Below, one piece after another: positions 1 through 9,835 of a DNA stretch of 63,301 bases; positions within the stretch are counted from its first letter, which is position 1, and each line of letters starts with the position of its first letter. The notes under the pieces are model-generated. The model worked only from the letters and a program-made list of their open reading frames with translations. It was not told the DNA's origin and did no database searches. The translations under genes were made by a program, and so were the position numbers. Source of the DNA: Archangium sp. (GTDB taxonomy: Bacteria; Myxococcota; Myxococcia; Myxococcales; Myxococcaceae); contig JANLPS010000327.1 of assembly GCA_031367385.1 (NCBI GenBank), positions 1 through 63,301 on the forward strand, read 5' to 3'.

Positions 1-146
1 AAAACCCGCCAGGCCAGATGTGGCGGCGACGGGGTGGCAGCTGGTTGCGCAGCGGAGGAGACCTCAACGGCAAGCTGCGGCGGAGCTGGAGGAGGCGCGC
101 GACCGCACCACACGAGCCCAACCGCCACGACACAGAGACGAAGCAT
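1..146 (-). CDS. Partial CDS (5' part) of a putative exported/lipoprotein, running off the window start
   Basis: ATG at 146 reads MLRLCVVAVGLVWCGRAPPPAPPQ... with no stop before the edge; hydrophobic signal plus Cys; TAACGT 8 nt upstream. Confidence 0.45.
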   Translation of the reverse strand, partial: MLRLCVVAVGLVWCGRAPPPAPPQLAVEVSSAAQPAATPSPPHLAWRV

Positions 147-179
147 GCTCGAAAACGTTAATCGAAGTGACCTGTTCAG

Positions 180-1010
180 TCACATCAGGGCGCGAATCAG
201 CTTCGGGCGCACGCCGGTTGAGCTGAGCAGTGCGTCGAGCTTCTCTCTGGGCACCCTCGTGTTCTTCTGCACCTTGCGCGCGAGAATCAGCTCGTTCTTC
301 AGCGAGTGCTCCCAGCCGGCCAGCTCGGTCACGGTGACCTGGTAGCCAAAGCTCTCGAGCACCAGCGCGCGAATCACGTTGGTCAAGTGCGAGCCGAACT
401 CGCGGCGGTGCCACGGGTGCTCGAACAGCGTGCCCATCGCCGACTCTTTGCTCTTCGCGTCTTTGAGCTGCTGGGCCACCTCGGCCTGGCAACACGGCAC
501 CAGCGCGACATGGTCGGCCTGGTGCGCAATCGCGATGATGATCGCGTCGTCGGTCGCGGTGTCGCACGCGTGCAGCGCGGTCACCATGTCGAGCTTGGCC
601 GGGTATTGGGCCTCGGCGATGGCACCCTGCTCGAAGCGCATTCGTGAAAACCCCAAGGTCTGCGCCCGTTCAATCGACCGCTGGGTCAACTCAGGCTTCG
701 ACTCCACGCACAGCAGCTCGCCGCCCGGCCGCTCTTTCAAGAACAGCTCGTAGAGCACGAAGCCCAGGTACGAATTGCCGCTGCCGACATCGGCGATCAC
801 CGGCGACGGGTTGGCCGCGAAAGCCTCTTCGAGGCCCGGGGTCAAAAGACCGACGAGGTGGTTGACCTGCTTGAGCTTGCGCCGCGCATCTGCGTTCAAG
901 TCGCCGTCGCGGGTCAGCAGGTGCAGCGTCTTGAGCAGCTCGACCGATTGGTTCGGCAGCAGCTCGCGTCGCACCTGCTTGGCCGAAACCTTCTGCCGCG
1001 CCTCGCTCAC
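180..1010 (-). CDS. SAM-dependent methyltransferase (Methyltransf_32-like)
   Basis: Motif I ADVGSGNSYL; ALHACDTATD and LVPCCQ motifs. Confidence 0.85.
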   Translation of the reverse strand: MSEARQKVSAKQVRRELLPNQSVELLKTLHLLTRDGDLNADARRKLKQVNHLVGLLTPGLEEAFAANPSPVIADVGSGNSYLGFVLYELFLKERPGGELLCVESKPELTQRSIERAQTLGFSRMRFEQGAIAEAQYPAKLDMVTALHACDTATDDAIIIAIAHQADHVALVPCCQAEVAQQLKDAKSKESAMGTLFEHPWHRREFGSHLTNVIRALVLESFGYQVTVTELAGWEHSLKNELILARKVQKNTRVPREKLDALLSSTGVRPKLIRALM

Positions 1011-1016
1011 GTGCGC

Positions 1017-1580
1017 TTAAACCGCGATGACTTCGACGATTTCAGGAATCGCTTCGCGCAGGCGGGTCTCGATGCCCATTCGCAAGGTCGCGGTCGATGA
1101 CGGGCACCCCGCGCAGCTGCCCTGCATGTGCAGGTACACCGAGCCGTTTTCGACCCGGTCGAGCGTGATGTCACCGCCGTCTTGCGCGACCGCGGGGCGA
1201 ATCTCGGCGTCGAGAATCTCGCGAATGCGCTGCTCCATCGCGGTGCCGCCGGTGACGACCGCCGCCGACCAGGCCTCGAGCGCCTCGGGCTTCACGATCG
1301 CCTCGCCAGCGCCCAAATGCGTGTCCAACGCGACCATCACGCCGTCGTTGAGCTCGTCCCACTCGCCTTCGTCACCCTTGGTCACCGTGACGAAGTTGGT
1401 GCCCAGCATCACCGCCAACACGCCCTTGATGTCGAACAAGCGCGAGGCCAGCGGCGACTTCTCGACGGCCATGTCGCGGGTGGTGAAATTCATCGCGCCG
1501 CGCGGCAGCAGCGGCTGATCGACGACGTACTTCAAGGTGCTGGGGTTCGGCGTCCACTCGAGCTGAATATTGACTGACAT
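1017..1580 (-). CDS. NifU/Nfu family Fe-S cluster carrier (Nfu_N plus NifU C domain)
   Basis: TPNPSTLK N-terminus; IRPAVAQDGGDI and GSCAGCPSS (CxxC). Confidence 0.92.
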   Translation of the reverse strand: MSVNIQLEWTPNPSTLKYVVDQPLLPRGAMNFTTRDMAVEKSPLASRLFDIKGVLAVMLGTNFVTVTKGDEGEWDELNDGVMVALDTHLGAGEAIVKPEALEAWSAAVVTGGTAMEQRIREILDAEIRPAVAQDGGDITLDRVENGSVYLHMQGSCAGCPSSTATLRMGIETRLREAIPEIVEVIAV

Positions 1581-1643
1581 GTACTTGGGTTACTCCTTGG
1601 CACCAGGAGTAAGGAGTTTATGCCCGCAAATCAACCCCGCGAC

Positions 1644-2771
1644 TCATGGGGCCGGTGCCTCGGGGGTGATTTCGAAGTCGCCCAGCTCCATCTCGAGCTC
1701 CAAAGGCAGGGCGCTCTCGAGGCCCAGGTCTGAGAAATCGGCTTCATCGGTCAAAGAAACGGCTTCTTCGACCGAGCTGACGGCTCCAGCGAGCAAATTG
1801 GGCACTGGTTTCGACAACTTCGCGATGCCTGAGCCCCGACCAGGCACCGGCAGCATGTGGTTGGCTTCTCGCACGTGCTGCACCAGCTGGCGGGCCACCA
1901 GGTCGACCATCTGGTATGCGAACCGGTGACCCGAGGCGAAGAGCAGGTCGAAGTCTCGGTCTGACATGCGCAACAGCTTGGCCGGGCCGGTGGTCAGGCA
2001 GCTCGCCGAGCGCACGCCGTCATCGATGCACGCCACGACTCCGAACATCGCCCCCGAGGGCAGGTTCGCCAGGGTCTTGCCGTTGCGGCCAACGCTGACC
2101 TCGCCTTCAAGAATGAAATAGGCACCGTCGTTGGGCTCACCCTCACCAAAAATGGGCGTTATTTCAGACACTTCGATGAGCTCGAGCTTCTGCGCCAGCG
2201 CAAACTTCACCACCGCCGGCAGCCCGCGAAACGAGGGAAAACCCTCGATGACCGACACCTCGGGCCGCGGCCCCGGGGTTCGCGGCGGAGTGTCGATGGG
2301 CGACTTGCCCGACGCCACGATTCGCTCGTTGGTGGCCCGAAGCCGCCCGCAGAGGTCGAGGCTGATTTTTCGCAGAATCTTGAACGCGGCGGGCACGAAC
2401 TGGCCTCGCATCGCATGAAATTCTTGCGCGTCGACCGAGTGCGCGTGGCCGTCTTGGGTGACGATCGCCGAGCCCGAGCGGGGCCCGTCATCAACCAGGG
2501 CCATCTCGCCGATCACGTCGCCCTGACGGCCATAGGCCACCACCACCGGGCGCTTCTGCCCCTGCGGAGCGCTCGACACCGAGACCTCGGCGCCCTCGCC
2601 GAGCACATACATCTCTTTGCCAGGGTCACCCTCTCGAAACAGCACGTCGCCTGCCTGCAGCTCGACGGGCCGAAACAGGCGCAACACGTCGGCCATGTCG
2701 GCCGGCTCGATGAGCGAAAACAGCGGAATGCCGCGAATGAATTGCTCCAACGCCGGGTTCGAAGTGGCCAC
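1644..2771 (-). CDS. Protein with two cyclic-nucleotide-binding domains
   Basis: Two cNMP cassettes: LFREGDPG...GEMALVDDGPRSGS and IFGEGEP...FGVVACIDDGVRSAS; no HTH seen; GTG start. Confidence 0.85.
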   Translation of the reverse strand: MATSNPALEQFIRGIPLFSLIEPADMADVLRLFRPVELQAGDVLFREGDPGKEMYVLGEGAEVSVSSAPQGQKRPVVVAYGRQGDVIGEMALVDDGPRSGSAIVTQDGHAHSVDAQEFHAMRGQFVPAAFKILRKISLDLCGRLRATNERIVASGKSPIDTPPRTPGPRPEVSVIEGFPSFRGLPAVVKFALAQKLELIEVSEITPIFGEGEPNDGAYFILEGEVSVGRNGKTLANLPSGAMFGVVACIDDGVRSASCLTTGPAKLLRMSDRDFDLLFASGHRFAYQMVDLVARQLVQHVREANHMLPVPGRGSGIAKLSKPVPNLLAGAVSSVEEAVSLTDEADFSDLGLESALPLELEMELGDFEITPEAPAP

Positions 2772-2814
2772 GGAACTTTCTTAGCACGCTCAAAGGGTTA
2801 GACTCCGCCGCTCA

Positions 2815-4128
2815 ATGCGAGCTCTCCCACAGGTCTTGGTTCTGGTGTCGTCGGTGCTGATTGCTTCGCCCGCCCTCGCGCAGCGCATCTGCGTGGTGCC
2901 GTTCACGGGGCCCGGGGGGCCTCCCGTGCGAAATCAGATCATCGCTGCGGTGTGTGATTCGGCTGACTGCGTGGCCCCCGCCAAGGCCACCACCGCCAAC
3001 AAACCCGACTGGAAGAAGGCGAAGCGCGAGTCGATCGCCTACTTCGTGACCGGCGCCGTGGCCAAAAAGGGCAAGGCCACCAACCTGACGTTGCAGGTGA
3101 TGCTCAAGCCGGGCAAACCCAAGTTCTCGAAGGTCTACCCGGTCGAAAACGGTGAGCTCTCAGCCAAGAATCTCGCCAACGCCACCGCCGCCCTCAAAGA
3201 CGCGTTCGGCGTGGTCGACAGCGAAGCCACCAAGACCCCCGAGGTCGAGCGAACGCCTCCTCCCAGGCGCGACCCGGAGCCCGTCGCCACCCGCGAGCCC
3301 GAGCGCACGAAGCCCACCCCCGAGCCGGTCAAGAACGATGACACCCTTCGCGACACCCCAGACACCGAGGTACCGCTGGTCGAGAAGAAGAAAGAACGCC
3401 GCCAGTACTTCATCGCCGCCGAGCTGGGCGCCGACATCGCGAGCCGCTCGTACAGCTACGTGAACCCGACCACCTCGAACCTGCGCAAATACGACACCTT
3501 TTTCGCGATGCCCACCGCGCGGGTCGAGTTCTTCCCCCTGGCGCTGGCGACCAACGGCGTGCTCGGAGGGTTGGGCCTCGAAGGTCAGGTTTCGCTGGCC
3601 ACCTGGCTCAAGTCGGCGCGGGCGAACACCACTGAGGCTTTTCCAACCAATACGATGCGCATCGATGCCGGCCTGCTGTGGCGCATCATGCCCTCGAGCA
3701 GCATGGACCTCGCGATTTACCCCATCATCGGCATTCGCCTGCACAGCTTCAACGTGAACGCAGCGGCCGATGGCACCCGGCTCGATGGGTTGCCGAACCT
3801 GAATTACTTTGGCCTGCGCGCCGGCCTGGGCATCGATGTGCCGCTCGCCAACAACGCGGTCGTCATCTTTGCGCGGTTCACGGTGATACCCGTGTTCGCC
3901 TCGGGCGAGGTCATCTCAGCGGCGTACTTCAAGACCGGCTCGAACCTGGGGCTCGACGGCAAAGCGGGCGTCGGCATTCGAATCGTCAACCACCTGCAGG
4001 TGCGGCTGGCCTTTGACTTCACCCGCTACGGCATGACGTTCACCACCACGCCGAGCGACACCTACATCGCGTCTGGAGCGGTCGACCAATATCTGGGCGG
4101 CACGGCCAGCCTGCGCTTCGAGTACTGA
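2815..4128 (+). CDS. Exported protein with Pro/Glu linker and probable C-terminal outer-membrane beta-barrel
   Basis: Signal peptide ending ALA-Q; alternating amphipathic strands; terminal aromatic residue (LRFEY). Confidence 0.7.
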   Translation: MRALPQVLVLVSSVLIASPALAQRICVVPFTGPGGPPVRNQIIAAVCDSADCVAPAKATTANKPDWKKAKRESIAYFVTGAVAKKGKATNLTLQVMLKPGKPKFSKVYPVENGELSAKNLANATAALKDAFGVVDSEATKTPEVERTPPPRRDPEPVATREPERTKPTPEPVKNDDTLRDTPDTEVPLVEKKKERRQYFIAAELGADIASRSYSYVNPTTSNLRKYDTFFAMPTARVEFFPLALATNGVLGGLGLEGQVSLATWLKSARANTTEAFPTNTMRIDAGLLWRIMPSSSMDLAIYPIIGIRLHSFNVNAAADGTRLDGLPNLNYFGLRAGLGIDVPLANNAVVIFARFTVIPVFASGEVISAAYFKTGSNLGLDGKAGVGIRIVNHLQVRLAFDFTRYGMTFTTTPSDTYIASGAVDQYLGGTASLRFEY

Positions 4129-4135
4129 AAAGCGC

Positions 4136-5020
4136 TTAGCTGACGACCTTGTTTCGGCCTGACTTCTTGGCCTTGTACAAGTTCTGGTCGACGATCTTGA
4201 TGAACTGGAGCGGCTCGGTCATTTCTCCGGTCAGGTCGGCGACGCCGAGCGACACGGTGACGCGAATCGGCTTGTTCTCGAAGCTGAAGTGGTGCTCCTC
4301 GACCATCTTGCGAATCTTCTCGGCGAACTTGCGGGCGTTGTCGCCGCCGGCTTCGGGCATCACCACCGCGAACTCTTCACCACCGTAGCGCGCGAAGCAC
4401 TCTTCTTTGCGAACCCGCGGCTTGATCGTCGCTGACAGCTCTCGCAGCACGTAGTCACCGGCGAGGTGACCGTTGGTGTCGTTGATCGACTTGAAGTGAT
4501 CGATGTCGAACATGATCAGCGACAGCGAGCGGTTGTAGCGGTGGCAGCGGCCCATTTCTCGCTCGAGAAACTCGAGAAAGAACCGCTTGTTGTGAATCTG
4601 GGTGAGCCCGTCGCTGATGGTCAGGCTGTAGATCTCTTCGTGGTACTGCGTCTCGATGTTGCCGCCCGAGAGAAACTTGAAGATCGCGCCTCCGACCTTC
4701 ACCAGGTCGCCGGTGCGCAGCGGCTGCTCTTCGTGAATCTCGGCGTCGTTCAAGTACGTGCCGTTCGTCGAGCCCAGGTCTTTGACGAAGTACTTGCCGT
4801 CTTTGTTGCTCACCATCGCGTGACGGCGGCTGACGTTGTCGAGGTCGACGACGATGGTGTTGCCGTCTTCACGGCCGACGGTCAGCCCATCTTCATTGTC
4901 GATGATGTACTTCTTCCCCAGGTCGGGCCCGTGAATTTGCACGAGACAGCTCTCCGAATCGAGCCGGAGCTGGTCGCGCAACTTGGTGATTTTGGTGACC
5001 CGGGTTTCCTGTCCCGACAT
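4136..5020 (-). CDS. FHA-domain diguanylate cyclase (FHA-GGDEF)
   Basis: FHA motifs VGR, VSRRHA, DLGSTNGT; GGDEF motifs DIDHFKSIND and RYGGEEF. Confidence 0.93.
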   Translation of the reverse strand: MSGQETRVTKITKLRDQLRLDSESCLVQIHGPDLGKKYIIDNEDGLTVGREDGNTIVVDLDNVSRRHAMVSNKDGKYFVKDLGSTNGTYLNDAEIHEEQPLRTGDLVKVGGAIFKFLSGGNIETQYHEEIYSLTISDGLTQIHNKRFFLEFLEREMGRCHRYNRSLSLIMFDIDHFKSINDTNGHLAGDYVLRELSATIKPRVRKEECFARYGGEEFAVVMPEAGGDNARKFAEKIRKMVEEHHFSFENKPIRVTVSLGVADLTGEMTEPLQFIKIVDQNLYKAKKSGRNKVVS

Positions 5021-5085
5021 TTGGCGGACGATACCCTTCCACTGGAATCACTGCCCGAGAAACCAGCTGTCGCAGAATGTGTGTC

Positions 5086-6639
5086 TTACGAGATGGCTTG
5101 CCCGATGTGCGCAGCGGCCCAGCGCGAGATGCCGAAAATCGTCTCCTGCGGGTTGACCCCGAGCGAGGTCGGCAGCACCGAGCCATCGACCACGAAGAGG
5201 TTGTCCATCGCGTGGTAGCGCAGGTACGGGTCGACCACCGAATTCGCGGGGTCTTTGCCCATCGGGCAGCCACCCATCTGGTGGGCGGTGAACATCTTCA
5301 CGCGCACCTTGTCCCACGTGGCGGCGTCGAGCTTGCCGATCTCTTCTGGCCCGTTCATCACCACCGGGTCGAGGTGCAACGAGAGCACCTGCTTCGCACC
5401 GGCGGCGAACTGAATCTTCGCCATCTCCTTGCACGACTCGCGGGCGGCCTCCCAGTGTGCGGGCAAGAACTTGTAGTTGATCGCGTAGCGGTTGAACGCG
5501 CCGTCTTTGAGCCGAACCGTCGCGCCCTCTTCTTCTGGCATCAGCCCGTCGATTTGCAGCGCCAGCATCGCGTTGATGTACGGCAGCCTCGACAAGAACG
5601 ACTGCGCCTGCGCCCCGGTGCCCGCCGCGACGATCGACGCGAGCATCGGCTGAATCGGAGGCACCTCGAGAAAGTAGCCCACCTTGTCGGCCCCGCGCTG
5701 GGCGAAGTGGTGCGAGTACACGCTCTGCGGAGCCCCCGCGAACGCGTTCACCGGTGTGTCGAACAATGCCATCATCACCGCGACGGGGTGAAACCAGGTG
5801 CGCTGGCCGACCCGGCCCTCTGAATCGAGGCCCGAGCGCAACAGCAGGCCGGGCGTGTTGATCGCGCCTCCGCTGGCGACCGTGAGCTTCGCTTTGACCG
5901 TGACTTTGATGCCGGTCGGCTTGTTGGTGGTCGGGTTGAGCACCTCGGCGTGCACCGACGAGATGGTGCGGCCGTTCCAATCCAACGCGCGGGCCGAGGT
6001 GTTCGCGTAGAGGGTCAGCCCCTTCTCGACCGCGTCGGGCAGCACCGTCACCAGCATCGATTGCTTGGCGTCAATCGGGCAGCCCATGCCGCAATAGCCG
6101 GTGTTCAGGCAGCCATTCACGTTGCGGCGAATCAGGTTTCGCTCGTACCCAAGGGCGCCCAGACCGTCCCACAGCACTTTGTTGTTCGCGTTGATCTGCT
6201 CGAGCGGCCATTCAGCGATGTGCAGGCGCTTCTCGATGAAGTCCCAATGGGGGTTGAGGGCGTCGAGGGTGAGCGTCTCGACGCCGTAGCGATCGGCCCA
6301 GAGCTTCAAGATGCGCTCGGGGGTTCGAAAGCTCGAGCACCAGTTCACGGTGGTGCCGCCCCCGACGCTGCGACCTTGCAGAATGGTGACGGCGAGGTCC
6401 TCCGTCGCCCGGTTGCCCATCTCTTGGTACAGCGAAGGAAACGCGCGGGCCTCGGTCATGTCGAACTCGCGGCGCGTGTGGTACCCGCCCTCTTCGAGCA
6501 AGATGACCGACTTGCCGGCCTTGACCAGCTCGTGGGCGACCCACGCGCCGCCAGAGCCCGAGCCAATCACGCAGACATCGCAGCTCAAATTCAGGTCTTG
6601 GGTGATCTCATCACCGGTGAAGATGCGGCCTTGGGTCAT
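5086..6639 (-). CDS. GMC family FAD oxidoreductase
   Basis: VIGSGSGG FAD motif, GRSVGGGTTVN, AHQMGGC, VVDGS; start MTQGR at 6639 forms an ATGA overlap with the upstream stop. Confidence 0.9.
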   Translation of the reverse strand: MTQGRIFTGDEITQDLNLSCDVCVIGSGSGGAWVAHELVKAGKSVILLEEGGYHTRREFDMTEARAFPSLYQEMGNRATEDLAVTILQGRSVGGGTTVNWCSSFRTPERILKLWADRYGVETLTLDALNPHWDFIEKRLHIAEWPLEQINANNKVLWDGLGALGYERNLIRRNVNGCLNTGYCGMGCPIDAKQSMLVTVLPDAVEKGLTLYANTSARALDWNGRTISSVHAEVLNPTTNKPTGIKVTVKAKLTVASGGAINTPGLLLRSGLDSEGRVGQRTWFHPVAVMMALFDTPVNAFAGAPQSVYSHHFAQRGADKVGYFLEVPPIQPMLASIVAAGTGAQAQSFLSRLPYINAMLALQIDGLMPEEEGATVRLKDGAFNRYAINYKFLPAHWEAARESCKEMAKIQFAAGAKQVLSLHLDPVVMNGPEEIGKLDAATWDKVRVKMFTAHQMGGCPMGKDPANSVVDPYLRYHAMDNLFVVDGSVLPTSLGVNPQETIFGISRWAAAHIGQAIS

Positions 6640-7268
6640 TGCTGCGCCTCGTGAAAAGAGCCCAGCCCGAGCGGTCGAGGCGTGTCTCCGCCTTTCCACA
6701 CCACTGCGTTGGGGTCGTAGATGCCAGCGGGAGGCCCGGGGTAACGCACCGCGTCCCAGGTCTTTGACGAGCCGTAGTAGGCGGCGACGATCAACCCTCG
6801 CAGCGCCAAGAACCCGGTGCGGCGCAGGGTGAGCGTGCTGTTCATCCACTCTCCGAGCACGGTCTCTTGCTCCTCGCCGGTCATCGCGGTGAACGGCTTG
6901 GTGCGGCGGCCAAACAAGAAGTTCGGCAAGGCGTTCTCGAACAACATCAACAACTGCTTGAGCTCGTGCACCGCGGTCTCATCGACCTGCGATAAAATTC
7001 GGTCGCAGTTGTACGCAACGCGAATCTCATCGACTGAAGGAAAACCACCGCGCTGAGGAATGAATCGTGCAGCGAGCGCGTGAATGACGGCGAGCTCGCG
7101 CGCATTGAGCACCAGCAGGCCCTCGGGGGGCAGGGGCACCTCGACGGTGGGCCGGGTGGCCAAAAAACTGCCGCCACCGAGCGCCAAAATCGCGCCTCCG
7201 ATGAGGCCTTTTTGCAGAAAGCCGCGGCGAGATGGCTTCGAGCCTCGGGGGGGCAGGTACATCTTCAT
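6636..7268 (-). CDS. Tat-exported gluconate 2-dehydrogenase subunit 3-like partner of the GMC enzyme
   Basis: SRRGFLQ twin-arginine motif; C-terminal YY...W...YPGP; coupled to the GMC gene; ATG 7268 has TAGGGT 7 nt upstream. Confidence 0.75.
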   Translation of the reverse strand: MKMYLPPRGSKPSRRGFLQKGLIGGAILALGGGSFLATRPTVEVPLPPEGLLVLNARELAVIHALAARFIPQRGGFPSVDEIRVAYNCDRILSQVDETAVHELKQLLMLFENALPNFLFGRRTKPFTAMTGEEQETVLGEWMNSTLTLRRTGFLALRGLIVAAYYGSSKTWDAVRYPGPPAGIYDPNAVVWKGGDTPRPLGLGSFHEAQQ

Positions 7269-7352
7269 GGGCAGCACCCTACTCTTCGATCATCTGGGCA
7301 CAAGCGCTCGTTAGGCCAAGGCCTACCGGCTTTTGGGGGTACCATGCAGCGC

Positions 7353-8585
7353 ATGACTGGCAAAACGATGGCCATGATTCTCGCGGGAGGCGCCGGCACC
7401 CGGCTCGACCCGCTCACGCGCGAACGAGCCAAGCCGGCGGTGCCCTTCGGCGGCCGCTACCGAATCATCGACTTCTGTCTCTCGAACTTCGTCAACTCTG
7501 AGATTTACCGCATCAAGGTGCTGACTCAGTACAAGTCAGACTCGCTCAACAACCACCTCTCGCGCAGCTGGCGAATGACGGCGTTTCTGGGCCACTACTG
7601 CGAGACGGTGCCGGCCCAGATGCGCACCGGCGGTGACTGGTACAAGGGCTCGGCCGACGCGATTTTTCAGAACCTGAACCTCATCACCGACGAGTCGCCC
7701 GACCACGTCTTCGTCTTCGGCGCCGACAACATCTACATGATGGACAACCGGCAGATGCTGCGCGCGCACATCGACTCGAACGCCGACTGCACGGTCGCGG
7801 TGTTGCCGGTGCCGATCGAAGAAGGCAGCCAGTTCGGCATTCTCGACGTCAGTGCGAGCGGCGAGGTGCTCTCGTTTCTCGAGAAGCCCAAGGTGCCACC
7901 GCCGATGCCGGGCGACCCGACGCGATGCCTGGCGTCGATGGGCAACTACATCTTCTCGACCGACACGTTGGTCAAAGAGGTCAGCGTCGACGCGAAAGAC
8001 GAGGGCTCGGCGCACGACTTCGGCAAATCGATTCTCGCTAAGCTGCACGACCACGCGCGGGTCATGGCCTACGACTTCACCCAGAACGTGGTGCCCGGCC
8101 AGGGCGCACGTGAACGGGGGTACTGGCGCGACGTCGGCACGATGGACGCGTACTACCAAGCCAACATGGACCTGGTCGGTGTCGAGCCGATCTTCAACAT
8201 GTACAACATGCGCTGGCCCATACACACCGCGAACTCGAACCTGCCGCCCGCGAAGTTCGTCTTCGCCGACTACGAGCACAACCGGGTCGGCCGCGCGACC
8301 GACTCGCTGGTGAGCGAAGGGTGCATCGTCTCGGGCTCGCTGGTCGACCACTCGGTGCTCTCGCAGAACGTGCGCATCAATTCGTTCTCGACCATTCGCG
8401 AGTCGATTCTGATGGAGGGCGTGGAGATCGGCCGTCACTGCGAAATTCGGCGAGCGATCATCGATAAAAACGTCACCATTCCTCCGGGCACGAAGATCGG
8501 CGTCGACCTCGAGGCCGACCGCAAGCGCTTCACGGTGACCGAGACCGGGCTCGTGGTGATACCAAAGGGCACCCGAGTCGGTTAA
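7353..8585 (+). CDS. glgC: Glucose-1-phosphate adenylyltransferase
   Basis: [50 protein letters not shown]; alternative ATG at 7344. Confidence 0.97.
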   Translation: MTGKTMAMILAGGAGTRLDPLTRERAKPAVPFGGRYRIIDFCLSNFVNSEIYRIKVLTQYKSDSLNNHLSRSWRMTAFLGHYCETVPAQMRTGGDWYKGSADAIFQNLNLITDESPDHVFVFGADNIYMMDNRQMLRAHIDSNADCTVAVLPVPIEEGSQFGILDVSASGEVLSFLEKPKVPPPMPGDPTRCLASMGNYIFSTDTLVKEVSVDAKDEGSAHDFGKSILAKLHDHARVMAYDFTQNVVPGQGARERGYWRDVGTMDAYYQANMDLVGVEPIFNMYNMRWPIHTANSNLPPAKFVFADYEHNRVGRATDSLVSEGCIVSGSLVDHSVLSQNVRINSFSTIRESILMEGVEIGRHCEIRRAIIDKNVTIPPGTKIGVDLEADRKRFTVTETGLVVIPKGTRVG

Positions 8586-8590
8586 GCCGC

Positions 8591-9835
8591 TTGGCCGTGC
8601 GGCTCCAACGTGCGCTGGGTTTCACGCTGGGCCTGTGGGCGCTCGGCGTTCAGGTGCATGAGCTCTTCGCCACCGTAGGGGCCTGGAGCACCTTCGCGCT
8701 GGCCCTGGTGATCTTCGCCCGCGCCCCCGTGCACACCATCGAGTGGAGGCGCTGGTGGCCATTGGCGGCCATGCTCGTCTGGGCGCTCGTCGTGCCACTG
8801 CTCGCGGGCAAGCTGCCCAAGTGGAGCGGGCTGGCCCGGCTGTGTGACTGGCTGCTGCTGCCCGCGGCTGCGTATGCGGTCGCCACCGTGAGTGAGCGCG
8901 CGCTGCCACGAATCGGGCTGTTGGCCGGCGCGGTGTTGCTGCTCTCGTGCGCGGTCGCGGCGAGCCAATTCTTCGGAGTGTGGCCCCGCTCGTCAGCGCT
9001 CGAGTCGTTGACCTGGCTGCGGCTGCCCTTCGCGCGGATGGACGAGACGGTGCCCGGCCGGGTCGATCGCTTCATGGCCGGGGGGCTGCTGTTGCACCGG
9101 CTCAAGTTCGCCAACGTCGGAGCGGCCTTGAGCGTGCTCGCGGTCGCCGCGGCAGTTCGGCAGCCTCCCTACCGGCGGGTCTTTCTGGTTATCGCTGCGT
9201 TGGCGATACCCGGGGTGTTGATCTTCCCCCATGCGCGGGCGGCGGCGGTGGCGTTGCTCGCGGGCACTGTCGTCGCCGTGGTGACCGGTTCAGCCAATCG
9301 ACGGCTGGCCTGGGGGGTGACCGCGGGCCTCGGCGTGCTGGTGGCGTTGATTCTCGTCGCGGTGCCCTCGGTGCGAGAGCGCTTCGCGACCGGGCTCTCG
9401 AGCGAGGGCGTGAATGAGCGCGAGATCATCACCCACAGCGGGCTCACCGCCGTCGAGCACCACCCGTTGACCGGAGAAGGCCTGGGCCGGTTCAAGCCGT
9501 CACTGTACGCGCCTCCCGACGCACCCGTCGCCGTGCTCGAGCATCAAGGCAAAGCGCACAACCAATTCGTCAGCCTCGCGGCGGAGGCCGGGCTCCCCGC
9601 GGCGGTGGCGTTGCTGGGCTTCTTGCTCGTGCTGGCCGTGACGGCGTGGCGAGGGCCGTGTGGCTCAGCCTTGCTCGCGGTGCTCACCGTCTTCGTGCTG
9701 CTGTGCCTGCTGCATGACCCGCTCTTTCACGCCGAGTCGTCGATGGCCTTCATGCTGACCATCGGTGGCGCGTTGGGTCTCATCGACCGGCGGCGGGCGG
9801 CACTTTCATCGACTGTTGACGCTCGAACGTCTTGA
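8591..9835 (+). CDS. O-antigen ligase (Wzy_C)-like membrane protein
   Basis: Multiple TM helices; HPLTGEGLGRF and AHNQFVSLAAEAG motifs; start codon uncertain. Confidence 0.8.
   Translation: MAVRLQRALGFTLGLWALGVQVHELFATVGAWSTFALALVIFARAPVHTIEWRRWWPLAAMLVWALVVPLLAGKLPKWSGLARLCDWLLLPAAAYAVATVSERALPRIGLLAGAVLLLSCAVAASQFFGVWPRSSALESLTWLRLPFARMDETVPGRVDRFMAGGLLLHRLKFANVGAALSVLAVAAAVRQPPYRRVFLVIAALAIPGVLIFPHARAAAVALLAGTVVAVVTGSANRRLAWGVTAGLGVLVALILVAVPSVRERFATGLSSEGVNEREIITHSGLTAVEHHPLTGEGLGRFKPSLYAPPDAPVAVLEHQGKAHNQFVSLAAEAGLPAAVALLGFLLVLAVTAWRGPCGSALLAVLTVFVLLCLLHDPLFHAESSMAFMLTIGGALGLIDRRRAALSSTVDARTS

Noticed and set aside
9780..9835. 56-bp convergent overlap of add and the O-antigen ligase gene as antisense regulation
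   Set aside because: Short 3' overlaps are common in compact high-GC genomes and there is no further evidence
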